57,312 nucleotides of DNA from a virus (Duplodnaviria > Caudoviricetes), in the IMG/VR virus record IMGVR_UViG_3300022725_000257, positions 1 to 57,312 of that record, one strand, 5' to 3'. Positions within the stretch are counted from its first letter, which is position 1. Each line of letters starts with the position of its first letter. Positions 8,099 through 17,220 of this stretch are shown piece after piece. Position numbers and translations under genes: made by a program. The notes under the pieces are model-generated. The model did not search any database. It was not told the origin of the DNA and worked only from the letters and a program-made list of their open reading frames with translations.

Positions 8099-8968
8099 TC
8101 ACTTTTTTTTTACAGACTCTGGAACATTGTTAATAAGCTTGCCGTATTTTTGCTCCATTTTATTAAGTATTTTTTGTGCTGCACCCACTGATAAATTTCT
8201 TTGAACAATACGTATTTCACCTGTTTCTTCATCGGTTACTTCTTTGTATATAAACGGTTGCCATTCATCGGCTTCATTGGGATTTTGCAGGTGCATAAAA
8301 TACGCTTCAATATCTTCTAACATCTTTTTTGATGCTGGTTTTTTTTCAGCCACAACAGATTGTTTTTCAACTTGTGTTTTATTTTCAACCCCCAAGTGTT
8401 TTTCTTCTTCATGCAAGGCCTCGCTTGGCAGAACCGGCTCTTTCCAATAAAACTTTATGTATTCAGGCTTTCCGTTTTGTTTTTTTACTTTGCTTTTAAA
8501 CTGGTATGAATTCCATCCAGGCTGCCAACTGTTGCTAACCTCGACCCCAATTTGTGGTACAAGTTTAAGATACCTTCCAATACCTATTTTACTAAGCACC
8601 CTTTTCTCGGCAAAGGCTAAAGCACTTTCGAGCGCTGTTAAGGTGAACTGTCCTCGTTCCCTGGTATCAAGAGTAGCCCCCTCACTTTTTTCTATCCAAT
8701 CAGATTCTTTATTCTGTCGAATTTTTATTGTAAACCTAACCTTTTCTCCCGGTAAAAGCTCAAATTGATTTTGCCAATTAAACGGGCCAATTACGCTATC
8801 AAGGCGATGCTCTGCTGATTCTTTTTTAATATAAGGTGTTGCAAATGCCTTAATTACATAGCCATTTTTACTGTTGTAGTCATAGGCGCTTACAATAACC
8901 CATTCTATATCATCAACTTTAAATTTTTCGGATAGCTTTTCGTAAATTTCTTTTTGATCTTTATTCAT
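8099..8968 (-). CDS. Rad52/Rad22-like single-strand annealing protein
   Basis: LSEKF..DDIEW...PYI...RLDSVIGPFNWQ...KR...GIGRYL. Confidence 0.75.
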   Translation of the reverse strand: MNKDQKEIYEKLSEKFKVDDIEWVIVSAYDYNSKNGYVIKAFATPYIKKESAEHRLDSVIGPFNWQNQFELLPGEKVRFTIKIRQNKESDWIEKSEGATLDTRERGQFTLTALESALAFAEKRVLSKIGIGRYLKLVPQIGVEVSNSWQPGWNSYQFKSKVKKQNGKPEYIKFYWKEPVLPSEALHEEEKHLGVENKTQVEKQSVVAEKKPASKKMLEDIEAYFMHLQNPNEADEWQPFIYKEVTDEETGEIRIVQRNLSVGAAQKILNKMEQKYGKLINNVPESVKKK

Positions 8969-8991
8969 AGGTATATGTCATAAATTTGTTA

Positions 8992-9026
8992 TTGACAATA
9001 ATAAGACAATGCCATATTATTGTCAA
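8992..9026. promoter_or_regulatory. Symmetric bidirectional sigma70-type promoter
   Basis: TTGACA-17nt-TATTAT on both strands within one inverted repeat, between divergent genes. Confidence 0.8.
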
Positions 9027-9040
9027 AAAATTATAGCAAT

Positions 9041-9313
9041 ATGGATAATATTTATTTTCAAACAATTATTCTATCAATTAAAAAAGATGACAAGCCCGCT
9101 GAAGATTATGCATTTATTGGACTTTCTGCGTTCACAAAAAATGAATGGGATAAAGTATTAAAAGAAAATAAAACAATAACCGATGTGTTATCTGAAACGG
9201 ACGCTATCAAGTTAGGTGTGCCAGTACCAATAGAAAAGGCTATTACGAACCCTGAACACAAAGATTTGGTAGATATGATAAGAGATGAGTTAATGAATAA
9301 AAACAATATATAA
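9041..9313 (+). CDS. Hypothetical protein
   Basis: ATG 9041 downstream of the promoter; TAATG overlap with the MTase. Confidence 0.7.
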   Translation: MDNIYFQTIILSIKKDDKPAEDYAFIGLSAFTKNEWDKVLKENKTITDVLSETDAIKLGVPVPIEKAITNPEHKDLVDMIRDELMNKNNI

Positions 9314-10590
9314 TGGATTATTTTTCAGTTTGTAGTGGTATAGGGGGTTTTGAATGTGGCATAGAGTGTGCGGTAAAAGGATGGGAGTGTGTTGGTTTTT
9401 CTGAGATTGATAAATACGCAACTGCTATATATAATTTTCATTATCCTAAACATAAAAATTATGGAGACATCACAAAAATCACTATTCCCGAATTACCCGA
9501 TTTCAACATTCTCGTTGGAGGATTTCCGTGTCAATCTTTTAGCATTGCTGGCAAAAGACAAGGATTTAAGGACACAAGAGGCACTATATTTTTTAACATC
9601 GCACAAATTTGTAAGGTTAAACAACCTGAATGGGTTCTACTCGAAAACGTTAAAGGTTTACTTAGTCATGAATCTGGAAAGACTATTGCAAGGATCTACC
9701 AAATTCTTACCGAGCTTGGTTATACCGTTGGTTGGGAGGTGGTTAATAGTTGCCACTTCGGAGTCCCACAAAACCGAGAGCGAATCTTTATTGTCGGACA
9801 TCTTAGAGCCGCCGGAGGGCGTGCCGGAGAAATATTACCTATCAGAAAAAAAGATAATAGGCCTCCTAAAAGGGCAATCAAAACCCCAATTGCTCGATGC
9901 TTCACAGCAGGGGGGAATTCAGGGGGATTGCACAGCTCGATGACGTTAATTCAAAATAAATTCACGGCAAAGGGTAATGCTTATTGTCTAACACCAAACT
10001 ATAACAAGGGGCTTTGTTCAATAAACAAAAACAAACATACACATGTTGTAGAAAAAAAACAGGTTAAATCCGGCACATGGCGCACACACAAAGATGGTGA
10101 AGGCTTTAGAGAGCTTGAAAACCCCAATATTTCTCCATGTATTCCGGCGCGGGCACGGGAAGATGGAAGCGGTCAACCAGTGATTATGAGCCATTACGGG
10201 CATAAAGACAAACCACCTAAAGAGCATGATATCGTTCCGACATTAAAAGCCGAATCGCATGGCCATCAACCCATGGTGAAAACCTCTCTAACACCCGACA
10301 GAATAGATAAGCGGCAAAACGGACGAAGACTTAAAGACAATGATGAACCAAGTTTTACGCTTACTTCACAGGATAAGCATGGTGTTCAGCAAGGATTTAA
10401 TATTCGGCGCTTTACGCCTATTGAGTGTGAACGGCTGCAAGGTTTTCTGGACGACTGGACAAAATTCGGAATCATTGATGGTGAAACCATTGAAATGAGC
10501 GATACGCAACGATACAAAACATTAGGTAATGCTGTTACGGTAAATGTTGTAGAAGCGATTATAAAAAAGATAGATGCCGTTGTTAATTAG
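9313..10590 (+). CDS. dcm: DNA (cytosine-5)-methyltransferase
   Basis: CSGIGG, GGFPCQSFS, ENVKG, PQNRERIF, RRFTPIECERLQGF, YKTLGNAV. Confidence 0.95.
   Translation: MDYFSVCSGIGGFECGIECAVKGWECVGFSEIDKYATAIYNFHYPKHKNYGDITKITIPELPDFNILVGGFPCQSFSIAGKRQGFKDTRGTIFFNIAQICKVKQPEWVLLENVKGLLSHESGKTIARIYQILTELGYTVGWEVVNSCHFGVPQNRERIFIVGHLRAAGGRAGEILPIRKKDNRPPKRAIKTPIARCFTAGGNSGGLHSSMTLIQNKFTAKGNAYCLTPNYNKGLCSINKNKHTHVVEKKQVKSGTWRTHKDGEGFRELENPNISPCIPARAREDGSGQPVIMSHYGHKDKPPKEHDIVPTLKAESHGHQPMVKTSLTPDRIDKRQNGRRLKDNDEPSFTLTSQDKHGVQQGFNIRRFTPIECERLQGFLDDWTKFGIIDGETIEMSDTQRYKTLGNAVTVNVVEAIIKKIDAVVN
9461..9943 (+). CDS. Overprinted alternative-frame ORF inside dcm (possible second MTase subunit)
   Basis: 160 aa stop-free with ATTATG start; ends in SLLSDILE...VPEKYYLS, a C5-MTase-associated motif absent from the main frame. 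Confidence 0.55.
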   Translation: METSQKSLFPNYPISTFSLEDFRVNLLALLAKDKDLRTQEALYFLTSHKFVRLNNLNGFYSKTLKVYLVMNLERLLQGSTKFLPSLVIPLVGRWLIVATSESHKTESESLLSDILEPPEGVPEKYYLSEKKIIGLLKGQSKPQLLDASQQGGIQGDCTAR

Positions 10591-10882
10591 TATGCAATAT
10601 AGGCAGGTTTGATTTTATAAACTCTCTGGCAGATCCTATATCAGGAAAAAATCCGTCAACATAATCCTCCCAACGTGAATATTGACGGTATTCAAGTGCT
10701 TTAGCAGACCTCCCAAACAAATCAACACTTGAATAAACAGGATGTACACCTATGGGTATATCAGGTAAGATATTGCAGGATATAAATATAGTGTTTATCG
10801 TTTGTGTTTCCAGCGCCGGGTTAATATTCTTTAAACGACCTATTCCTTCCATTGACTGAAAATCAATTTGACAAATTTTCAT
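10583..10882 (-). CDS. Hypothetical protein
   Basis: 99 aa, overlaps the upstream stop. Confidence 0.65.
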   Translation of the reverse strand: MKICQIDFQSMEGIGRLKNINPALETQTINTIFISCNILPDIPIGVHPVYSSVDLFGRSAKALEYRQYSRWEDYVDGFFPDIGSAREFIKSNLPILHTN

Positions 10883-11190
10883 TGTACTCTCGTTAAATTC
10901 TTAATTGTTGCGAGCCGGTGCAGTTTATAAAATCGCCCATTTACATACAAAGCTTTATCAATACCTATAATTTCTCCTGGTAGCCCGTAAAGACCATCAA
11001 CAGAGCCCGCCTGTCCGTCTTCTAAAACAAAGTATGTTACCGGGTTATCCTTGCACATATCAATTTTTATAATACGTGCATTTTTTTGATGCGCCTGATA
11101 GTTAATCTCATTCTGGTATATAAAGATCAATGTTACAAGCAGGGTTCCCGCTATAACTATTGCTAAGATGTATTTAATTAGATTATTCAT
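10879..11190 (-). CDS. Hypothetical protein with N-terminal membrane anchor
   Basis: Hydrophobic N-terminal segment. Confidence 0.7.
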   Translation of the reverse strand: MNNLIKYILAIVIAGTLLVTLIFIYQNEINYQAHQKNARIIKIDMCKDNPVTYFVLEDGQAGSVDGLYGLPGEIIGIDKALYVNGRFYKLHRLATIKNLTRVQ

Positions 11191-11193
11191 AAT

Positions 11194-11625
11194 TTAAAAT
11201 GGTAGATCATCTTCGGTGAAATCTGCTACTCCAAGATCATCCTGTTTTTTTGGTTCAGGTTTTGGTATTTGAATGCGGCTGGGCTTATTAGAATCCTTAT
11301 TGCTAAGCATAGTTAACACTCGACCAGTTATTTTTGTGCGTGTTACTTCTTGGTCATCTTTATTGGTATATGTTTCTGTTTTAAGGCTTCCTTCTACACA
11401 AACTTTATCACCTTTTGAAAGATAATTCTTACAGACTTCAGCAGACTTTCCAAAAAAGGTAATATCATGCCATTCGGTGCGCTCTTTGTATTCACCGTTA
11501 TTATCTTTCCACTTTTCCGAAGTGGCTAAAGACAAATTAGCAATCTCAACACCTGTATCTGTTATTTTACATGATGGATCGTGGCCAAGGTTGCCTATTA
11601 ATATAACTCTATTAATTGTGCTCAT
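11194..11625 (-). CDS. ssb: Single-stranded DNA-binding protein
   Basis: INRVILIGNLGHDP, ATSEKW, TEWH, acidic DDLPF tail. Confidence 0.97.
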   Translation of the reverse strand: MSTINRVILIGNLGHDPSCKITDTGVEIANLSLATSEKWKDNNGEYKERTEWHDITFFGKSAEVCKNYLSKGDKVCVEGSLKTETYTNKDDQEVTRTKITGRVLTMLSNKDSNKPSRIQIPKPEPKKQDDLGVADFTEDDLPF

Positions 11626-11627
11626 AA

Positions 11628-12083
11628 TTATTGATTTAGTATTTTTATTGTTTTTTCAGCTTTATTTTTATTCAATCCTGTTTCTGGATCACATAGAACT
11701 GTTCTGGTTAACCTGTGCTCGGATGTAATATCGTGATTATCCGTTGTTATAATCACATAACTGTGCAAACTGTATTCATAAGAAAAAATCCAATCATTAA
11801 TAAGCAAAGACCGGGCTGTATTTGACTTACTAACAGCTCCAACTACAGGCGGCTGGATTTCGTTTTTTACAAAGATCCATTTTAAATCTTCTAAGCAGTA
11901 TTCTTTTCTCCAACAGCAAATCACAACTACACCAACCGGGCCTGGAACGCTCTCATCAATATAATTTAGTTGTGAACAAGCTTGTTCGTTGAAATCAAGC
12001 CTGGTTTTTTTACCATCGTTAATATCAACCAAGCATTTTTTGTTTAATAATACACCGTTAATTTCAATAAAAATAATCTTCAT
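11628..12083 (-). CDS. Degenerate HAD-like protein, paralog of 3941..4420
   Basis: MKIIFIEINGVL / ICCWR / YVIITTD / TGL align to the HAD gene, but DxD is replaced by ExN. Confidence 0.7.
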   Translation of the reverse strand: MKIIFIEINGVLLNKKCLVDINDGKKTRLDFNEQACSQLNYIDESVPGPVGVVVICCWRKEYCLEDLKWIFVKNEIQPPVVGAVSKSNTARSLLINDWIFSYEYSLHSYVIITTDNHDITSEHRLTRTVLCDPETGLNKNKAEKTIKILNQ

Positions 12084-12499
12084 GTAAGGACAGGTTTCAA
12101 AAGTATCACAACGCTATCGGTTCCAACAAATATTTCTAAAGCAGTAGATTCACCGGTTATATGATATCCCTTCTGTTTTATTTCAAGCTCAACATGCTCC
12201 AGATTATCAACATCAATGTTGTGCTCTTTAATACGTGGATCATCCAGTTCTATAAGATCAATTTTTATACCGTTAATGTAGCTTAGTTTGTTATCGGTAA
12301 AGTTCCTGCCTGAATACCGGACACTAAGGATCACGGTTTCCTGTTCAATCGCTACTAAATCACGTAATGTACGTATAGTAACTCCCCCAAATTTCTTTGA
12401 AGTGTAACGCTTATATGGGGAGTTTGGGTCATGGTGGTAACGAAAATGTTTACCAATAAATACGCCATTCACTTTGTATAAAAAATTATAAACTTTCAT
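12080..12499 (-). CDS. Hypothetical protein
   Basis: ATG 12499 overlaps the upstream stop. Confidence 0.65.
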   Translation of the reverse strand: MKVYNFLYKVNGVFIGKHFRYHHDPNSPYKRYTSKKFGGVTIRTLRDLVAIEQETVILSVRYSGRNFTDNKLSYINGIKIDLIELDDPRIKEHNIDVDNLEHVELEIKQKGYHITGESTALEIFVGTDSVVILLKPVLT

Positions 12500-12951
12500 A
12501 ATCCGTAGATTAACATTGCAGCATCCCTGCAATGCTGATTAGTTGTTTTAGTTTTATTGTATCCAGTCAAGTTTACAAATTGTTCGTGTGTCAATTTAGT
12601 TTTTTTTGGAACTACTTCAGCAACCAAATAGCCGCCGCGCCGGATACCTTCAATAAGTAACTCCGTTTCTCGTTTAACACCTCCTACGTTTTGTGCTATC
12701 TTTTTTTCTTTTCGTATGTTCTTACTACGCCTGAAAGAGGGCTTAATGTGTTGCGGAGATTCAATGAATATTCCAACTTGGGTTGGTGTAAACTTTTCTA
12801 CTATAAAATCATAGGTGTTCCAAAAGTCTGAAGTGTGTAGAATTAAATCCCCAGTTGCTCTTTTCATGACAGCAAGCCCGGTTGTAGTACCACAGTCTAT
12901 GCCTACAAGAACATCCTGAAGTTTAATCCGTTGTATATGTTTTATGTTCAT
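12496..12951 (-). CDS. RuvC-like / RNase H-fold Holliday junction resolvase
   Basis: VGIDCGTTTGLA...FIES...HCRDAAML. Confidence 0.65.
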   Translation of the reverse strand: MNIKHIQRIKLQDVLVGIDCGTTTGLAVMKRATGDLILHTSDFWNTYDFIVEKFTPTQVGIFIESPQHIKPSFRRSKNIRKEKKIAQNVGGVKRETELLIEGIRRGGYLVAEVVPKKTKLTHEQFVNLTGYNKTKTTNQHCRDAAMLIYGL

Positions 12952-13180
12952 TGTTTACCGGGCCATTATCTATAGCCACGCCTTTCGTTTGTTTATCAAA
13001 CCTTGCGTTTGCTTTATATGATTGCTCAGCAAACTCATGCAAATCCGGCCGGTTGGTTTCAAAAGATTTAAGGCGCTTTCTATACGCTCTTTCTTGTTTG
13101 CATTCTTCCCAAACTATAAAACCAATTTCGGTAGCCATCAGCATAAGTACGCTGAGCAGTATATAATTATCTCCAATCAT
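12923..13180 (-). CDS. Hypothetical membrane protein
   Basis: Start at MIGDNY; one hydrophobic segment. Confidence 0.55.
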   Translation of the reverse strand: MIGDNYILLSVLMLMATEIGFIVWEECKQERAYRKRLKSFETNRPDLHEFAEQSYKANARFDKQTKGVAIDNGPVNNEHKTYTTD

Positions 13181-13487
13181 CGTTGAAATATTTATATTTC
13201 TTTTTTCTGTCCTCGGGTAATTTACCAATACCAACACCAATGATGTACCACAGTTCATTAAGAACCTCGGCAATTGCTTCCGATTCGGCTTTTGCGTCCA
13301 GGCTTTTGCTTAGGTCGCTGTTGCGGCGGACTCTCGAATAAAAGCTGTCTTTGTTTGCAATATCTCCTGCAAGTCGAGCCAATTCAGACATATTCAATAC
13401 GCCTCGTATGCGCTGTAGAAACCTATAGCTGCGGGGTCGTATAAATTCTTCTGTGTCTACCATTGTTTTTGTTTTGTTTTTACTCAT
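13167..13487 (-). CDS. Putative HTH DNA-binding protein
   Basis: LNMSELARLAG...SFYSRV. Confidence 0.55.
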   Translation of the reverse strand: MSKNKTKTMVDTEEFIRPRSYRFLQRIRGVLNMSELARLAGDIANKDSFYSRVRRNSDLSKSLDAKAESEAIAEVLNELWYIIGVGIGKLPEDRKKKYKYFNDDWR

Positions 13488-13509
13488 ATTTCTAATAGTT
13501 AAGTTTTGG

Positions 13510-13809
13510 TTATTCGTGTAAATATGCTGTTATTTTCTTAGTTATTTTATTCCGATAAATCTTTATCGGAATCCAATCTCCGGGCCTAATATCGATATAT
13601 ATCTCATGGGGTATTGGGATATTATATATGTTGCCCTTCACGTCAATAGCCTGCAATGTGTATTCCGGTTGACCGGCGCTGATAGATGCGTTGCTGTGTA
13701 TGGTTATTGATTCAACCTTACACGGGCGTATTTTTACCTCATGTAGGTGTGTATATAGATACGGTGATATCAATAAAAGTAAAATAGCAATTAAACCCAG
13801 CCGTTTCAT
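13510..13809 (-). CDS. Hypothetical protein with N-terminal hydrophobic segment
   Basis: 99 aa. Confidence 0.65.
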   Translation of the reverse strand: MKRLGLIAILLLLISPYLYTHLHEVKIRPCKVESITIHSNASISAGQPEYTLQAIDVKGNIYNIPIPHEIYIDIRPGDWIPIKIYRNKITKKITAYLHE

Positions 13810-14096
13810 AATTTCTCCTTTTTGTAGTAGGCTTTATTACGTAATTGTTTCATGGCTTCTGGCCATAGCGTTTCCCAGCTTTCTATGCGGTCAACTTTCA
13901 TTTGTACCCATCCTGATTTTGGCACGAAATTATTATTTATCCCGTACTGTAAGGCCTGGTGTAATGTTCCCTTGCATGAAAACACACACCTATCGTAGGT
14001 GAGGTCTTCATTGAGCTTATCACAATCAATGTATCCATCGTATAGATTGCTTGGCCATATCACAAGTTGTCGTAAAGGGTTAATTAGTATGTTCAT
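13806..14096 (-). CDS. Hypothetical early protein
   Basis: Preceded by the shared AGCAAATGCT-ATG leader. Confidence 0.7.
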   Translation of the reverse strand: MNILINPLRQLVIWPSNLYDGYIDCDKLNEDLTYDRCVFSCKGTLHQALQYGINNNFVPKSGWVQMKVDRIESWETLWPEAMKQLRNKAYYKKEKL

Positions 14097-14178
14097 AGCA
14101 TTTGCTTTTTTAGGTTCGGATTTAAAAGGTTTCCAAAAAACTGCACAAAATTTTTATTAATGTCAAATATTTGTGCAG
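14094..14178 (-). promoter_or_regulatory. Diverged copy of the early promoter/leader module
   Basis: TTGACA on the minus strand at 14166-14161, same leader end, TGCACAAA...TTTGTGCA inverted repeat. Confidence 0.6.
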
Positions 14179-14189
14179 ATTGTATGCTG

Positions 14190-14468
14190 TTAATTATCGC
14201 CATCATATACAGGCTCTTTGTTTGTTAGATGTTGGTTTGCATACAAATATGTAAGGCCCCGCTTTTTATAATTAAGCTCAAGCCATATCACACAGTCTTT
14301 ACGGCTGCCGCATGTGTTAAGTACCTTATATGTGCCTTCGTCAATTTTCTGCCGTATCTCCCATATATGCAACCGGTCATCCACGCGGATAAAAAAGATC
14401 GGTTCATCAATTTCTCTTGCGTAATATAGACCGGGTTCAATTTTTTTTGCTGTAATTTTATTAGTCAT
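14190..14468 (-). CDS. Hypothetical early protein
   Basis: 92 aa in a packed minus-strand operon. Confidence 0.7.
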   Translation of the reverse strand: MTNKITAKKIEPGLYYAREIDEPIFFIRVDDRLHIWEIRQKIDEGTYKVLNTCGSRKDCVIWLELNYKKRGLTYLYANQHLTNKEPVYDGDN

Positions 14469-14979
14469 TTTCTTCTCCTTTTAAAATTCCGTTAGAGATT
14501 AAACAATCTATAACCATTCCAGACCCTGATTGTAATTTTGCAAATATACTGTGTCCGTTTTTGTAATCTTCATGCAACTCTTTTGCTGTGTCATACACAT
14601 TACAATGTGTTGCTGATGTGTGGTCATCAGGAAAGGGTAAGTCTTCATAGGTATTAAACCGGCCACCTACAGGTTCTACACCGGTTATCTTATATGCGTA
14701 ATTCATGTATGTTCTGTGCTTATAAAACACCAATATCCCGTCTTTTGGAAGCTCGGCGCTTTCAGAATACCCTTCATACATTCGTACCTGGTAGGGGTCT
14801 TCCTTTGTTCCATGATACACGCAAACATGCTGATAACAGCCGTGCTCATGGATCTTTTGAGAAACAATTTCCTCGGCATTCTTAACCGCCTCGTTAAGGT
14901 CTTCAAAGGTTTTTTCGGTAACATCTACCGCATCGCTGGGGTTATCTATATAATCTAATCTTATTTCTAATGTGTACAT
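14461..14979 (-). CDS. Hypothetical early protein
   Basis: 172 aa. Confidence 0.75.
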   Translation of the reverse strand: MYTLEIRLDYIDNPSDAVDVTEKTFEDLNEAVKNAEEIVSQKIHEHGCYQHVCVYHGTKEDPYQVRMYEGYSESAELPKDGILVFYKHRTYMNYAYKITGVEPVGGRFNTYEDLPFPDDHTSATHCNVYDTAKELHEDYKNGHSIFAKLQSGSGMVIDCLISNGILKGEEND

Positions 14980-14995
14980 AGTGTTATCTTTTGCG

Positions 14996-15223
14996 TTAAT
15001 GGTATCGCTTAATGGTTGGAATTAACTTAAAGTTATTTTCTTCGGCATATTTTTTTGCAAAGCGTAACGCCTCACTTTCCGAAAAAAACGAATTTATATT
15101 TGAGTGATATTCTGCCTTAGAAGCATCATCGTGAGTAACTTTATCTACAAAATACATTCGCCTGGATGTGGTCTTTGTCTGTGGTATTGAATGTGATTCT
15201 ATCTCTACTGTTATATTAGCCAT
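14996..15223 (-). CDS. Hypothetical early protein
   Basis: ATG supplied by the repeated module. Confidence 0.7.
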   Translation of the reverse strand: MANITVEIESHSIPQTKTTSRRMYFVDKVTHDDASKAEYHSNINSFFSESEALRFAKKYAEENNFKLIPTIKRYH

Positions 15224-15363
15224 AGCATTTGCTGTTTGGTTGTTGGGCGCGGTTTGAAATGTGAGCTATTAATTTGCACAATAATTCGTTCAATGTCAAG
15301 TGCTTTTTTTATAATAAAAACAGACAGTTATGTATTACATAACTGTCTATCCGTATTATGTTT
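15221..15363 (-). repeat. ~140-bp terminator+promoter+leader module, copy 1
   Basis: Near-identical to 18127..18264 and 19881..20023; hairpin, TTGACA-17-CAAATT, leader ending at ATG. Confidence 0.9.
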
Positions 15364-15568
15364 CTTCTATGGAGATTGTCCCAATACGATTACCATTAAT
15401 GTCCCGGATTAACTTTTCATGATTCATTGCGTGTGGCAAGTCCTCCAATAAATCATATGTTAAGCGGGCGCATTGAAACACTTGCCTATATACGGCGGCA
15501 GGTAATAAATTCTGCTCTGTATCATAGAATGCTTCGTTAGTTATATCAAACTCTATTTTTATCTTCAT
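15356..15568 (-). CDS. Hypothetical early protein
   Basis: Start at MKIKIEFD. Confidence 0.65.
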   Translation of the reverse strand: MKIKIEFDITNEAFYDTEQNLLPAAVYRQVFQCARLTYDLLEDLPHAMNHEKLIRDINGNRIGTISIEET

Positions 15569-15839
15569 TATTGCTTTGTTTTTGAGTTGAAAAAATTTCA
15601 TTTCCTCGCTCAATAAGCGTATTAATAGCCTTAGAGCGCGTGTCTGCTATATTGTTATCTATAAACACGGGTTCGCCGTCTCGGTATATCTGAAACCACC
15701 ACCGGTTTTCGTCCATTTTTTCAAGCCTGAAAAAAAGATTGTTTATAGTCATCGCAAAGTCATCCATATCTTTATTATTAAAGATATTTTCTAACTGTTC
15801 GATTGCTTTTTCAAGCTTTTCGTATAGTTTTTTACCCAT
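15546..15839 (-). CDS. Hypothetical early protein
   Basis: Start at MGKKLYE. Confidence 0.65.
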   Translation of the reverse strand: MGKKLYEKLEKAIEQLENIFNNKDMDDFAMTINNLFFRLEKMDENRWWFQIYRDGEPVFIDNNIADTRSKAINTLIERGNEIFSTQKQSNNEDKNRV

Positions 15840-15868
15840 AATATTCTCGTTTGTGGTTTTTAAATTAA

Positions 15869-16144
15869 CTACCACCCGTAGGTGTAATCTTTATTCCGCA
15901 TGTTTTGTGATATTCTTTGGGCAAGGGCAAAAGCTTCTTTTATGCCCTTACTATCAGCCACAAATGTCTTACCTGTGCAGCAATTCTCTACACATGCTGT
16001 GCCATTTAAGAATAGTGTAAGGGTTACGCAGGGCGGCCGGCCTTTACGTCCGTATTCATATATTTTTCTTATTTCGCCACCGACTGTAAGAAGTTCCGGA
16101 TTATCAGTTTCGTGAATTTGATCTGTTGATATTATGTGATGCAT
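15869..16144 (-). CDS. Hypothetical early protein
   Basis: 91 aa. Confidence 0.65.
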   Translation of the reverse strand: MHHIISTDQIHETDNPELLTVGGEIRKIYEYGRKGRPPCVTLTLFLNGTACVENCCTGKTFVADSKGIKEAFALAQRISQNMRNKDYTYGW

Positions 16145-16167
16145 AATTATTTATTTTAGTTATATAT

Positions 16168-16199
16168 AAATCCCGTGTGCCGGTCAAAACACACGGGAT
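16168..16199. repeat. Intergenic hairpin ATCCCGTGTG...CACACGGGAT, repeated at 17175..17206
   Basis: 31/32 identical copies flanking gene 16208..17125. Confidence 0.85.
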
Positions 16200-16207
16200 G
16201 CGGGAAA

Positions 16208-17125
16208 TTATATTGTTTTCACTAAATGATACCGAGACCATTCAGGTTTTATTATAATCGCCTCGCATGGTTCATAGGGTAATACAAGCCACACTACTTC
16301 TCCACCATGCTCTTTATGTGCTATAGCTTGATCAAGCGCATCTTGTGATGGGTTTGCCCGGTCTTCCCAGCCGAATTTATCTCCAGCTTCATCAAGCTCA
16401 AATTCAGGGAATTCAGCCTCGCATCGCTCTTGTTCATAGGTCATGCGGTATTCATATCCTTCCTTATACATTGTTTTCAGCCGATCAGAGCCGTGATTTT
16501 CAATCCACGCCTTACGCAACGCTTCTTCTTTTTGCTCTTTTGCCTTTCTTTCTTCTCGTTTTTTACGAATTCTGTCGGTTTCGGCTTCTTTAATTTTTTG
16601 CTGGATATCTGATATAAAGTTACGCACGTCTTCGTCCAATATACCTTCGTATAATGAAGTCGAACGATGTGAACGATCTGCTAAAAACTTCTCGGCAGCC
16701 TCCTTGTTATCAAGGTATTTGTTGCGCTGGTCGGTTTTGATTGCCTCTATATGATCTTTTATTTTATTATTTAAATTGCGGGCATGAATTTTTGTCATTT
16801 CTTCAATATGTGTGTAGGCAACACATATTTTTTCTGATTCTCTACCCGTAATCTTATTTATGATTTTAATATAATCATTTGAAAATTGGTTTAAGTTGAA
16901 TTCACATTGCATATCATTTATTCTGTATCCTTTTTGCTCCTCTTCTTCAAGAAAATTGTTAATCTTTTGCGGATCTTCGTATTCAATAAGACCGTTTTTA
17001 AACGCATATATCTTCGTTATTAATGATCGAATTCTTGCTTCTGATATCAGATCTTTTTTTAGATGTTTTGTTAGTTCGGCAATAGCCGGTTCTTTTGTTT
17101 TTGATAACATATCTGCTTGTTTCAT
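16208..17125 (-). CDS. Hypothetical early protein with coiled-coil-like region
   Basis: 305 aa, E/K-rich. Confidence 0.8.
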   Translation of the reverse strand: MKQADMLSKTKEPAIAELTKHLKKDLISEARIRSLITKIYAFKNGLIEYEDPQKINNFLEEEEQKGYRINDMQCEFNLNQFSNDYIKIINKITGRESEKICVAYTHIEEMTKIHARNLNNKIKDHIEAIKTDQRNKYLDNKEAAEKFLADRSHRSTSLYEGILDEDVRNFISDIQQKIKEAETDRIRKKREERKAKEQKEEALRKAWIENHGSDRLKTMYKEGYEYRMTYEQERCEAEFPEFELDEAGDKFGWEDRANPSQDALDQAIAHKEHGGEVVWLVLPYEPCEAIIIKPEWSRYHLVKTI

Positions 17126-17220
17126 AAGTATTACCTATTTGGTTTTGATTGTTCCAGGGCAGTTGCCCCGGGTTAAATCCCGTGTGCTGGTCAAAACACA
17201 CGGGATAATCATCTTTGGGG

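Noticed and set aside
15322-15348. GTTATG...CATAAC in the early-module hairpin as an empty cassette
   Set aside because: Cores face the wrong way for an attC, no extrahelical bases, and it is followed by a T-run on the minus strand like a terminator.
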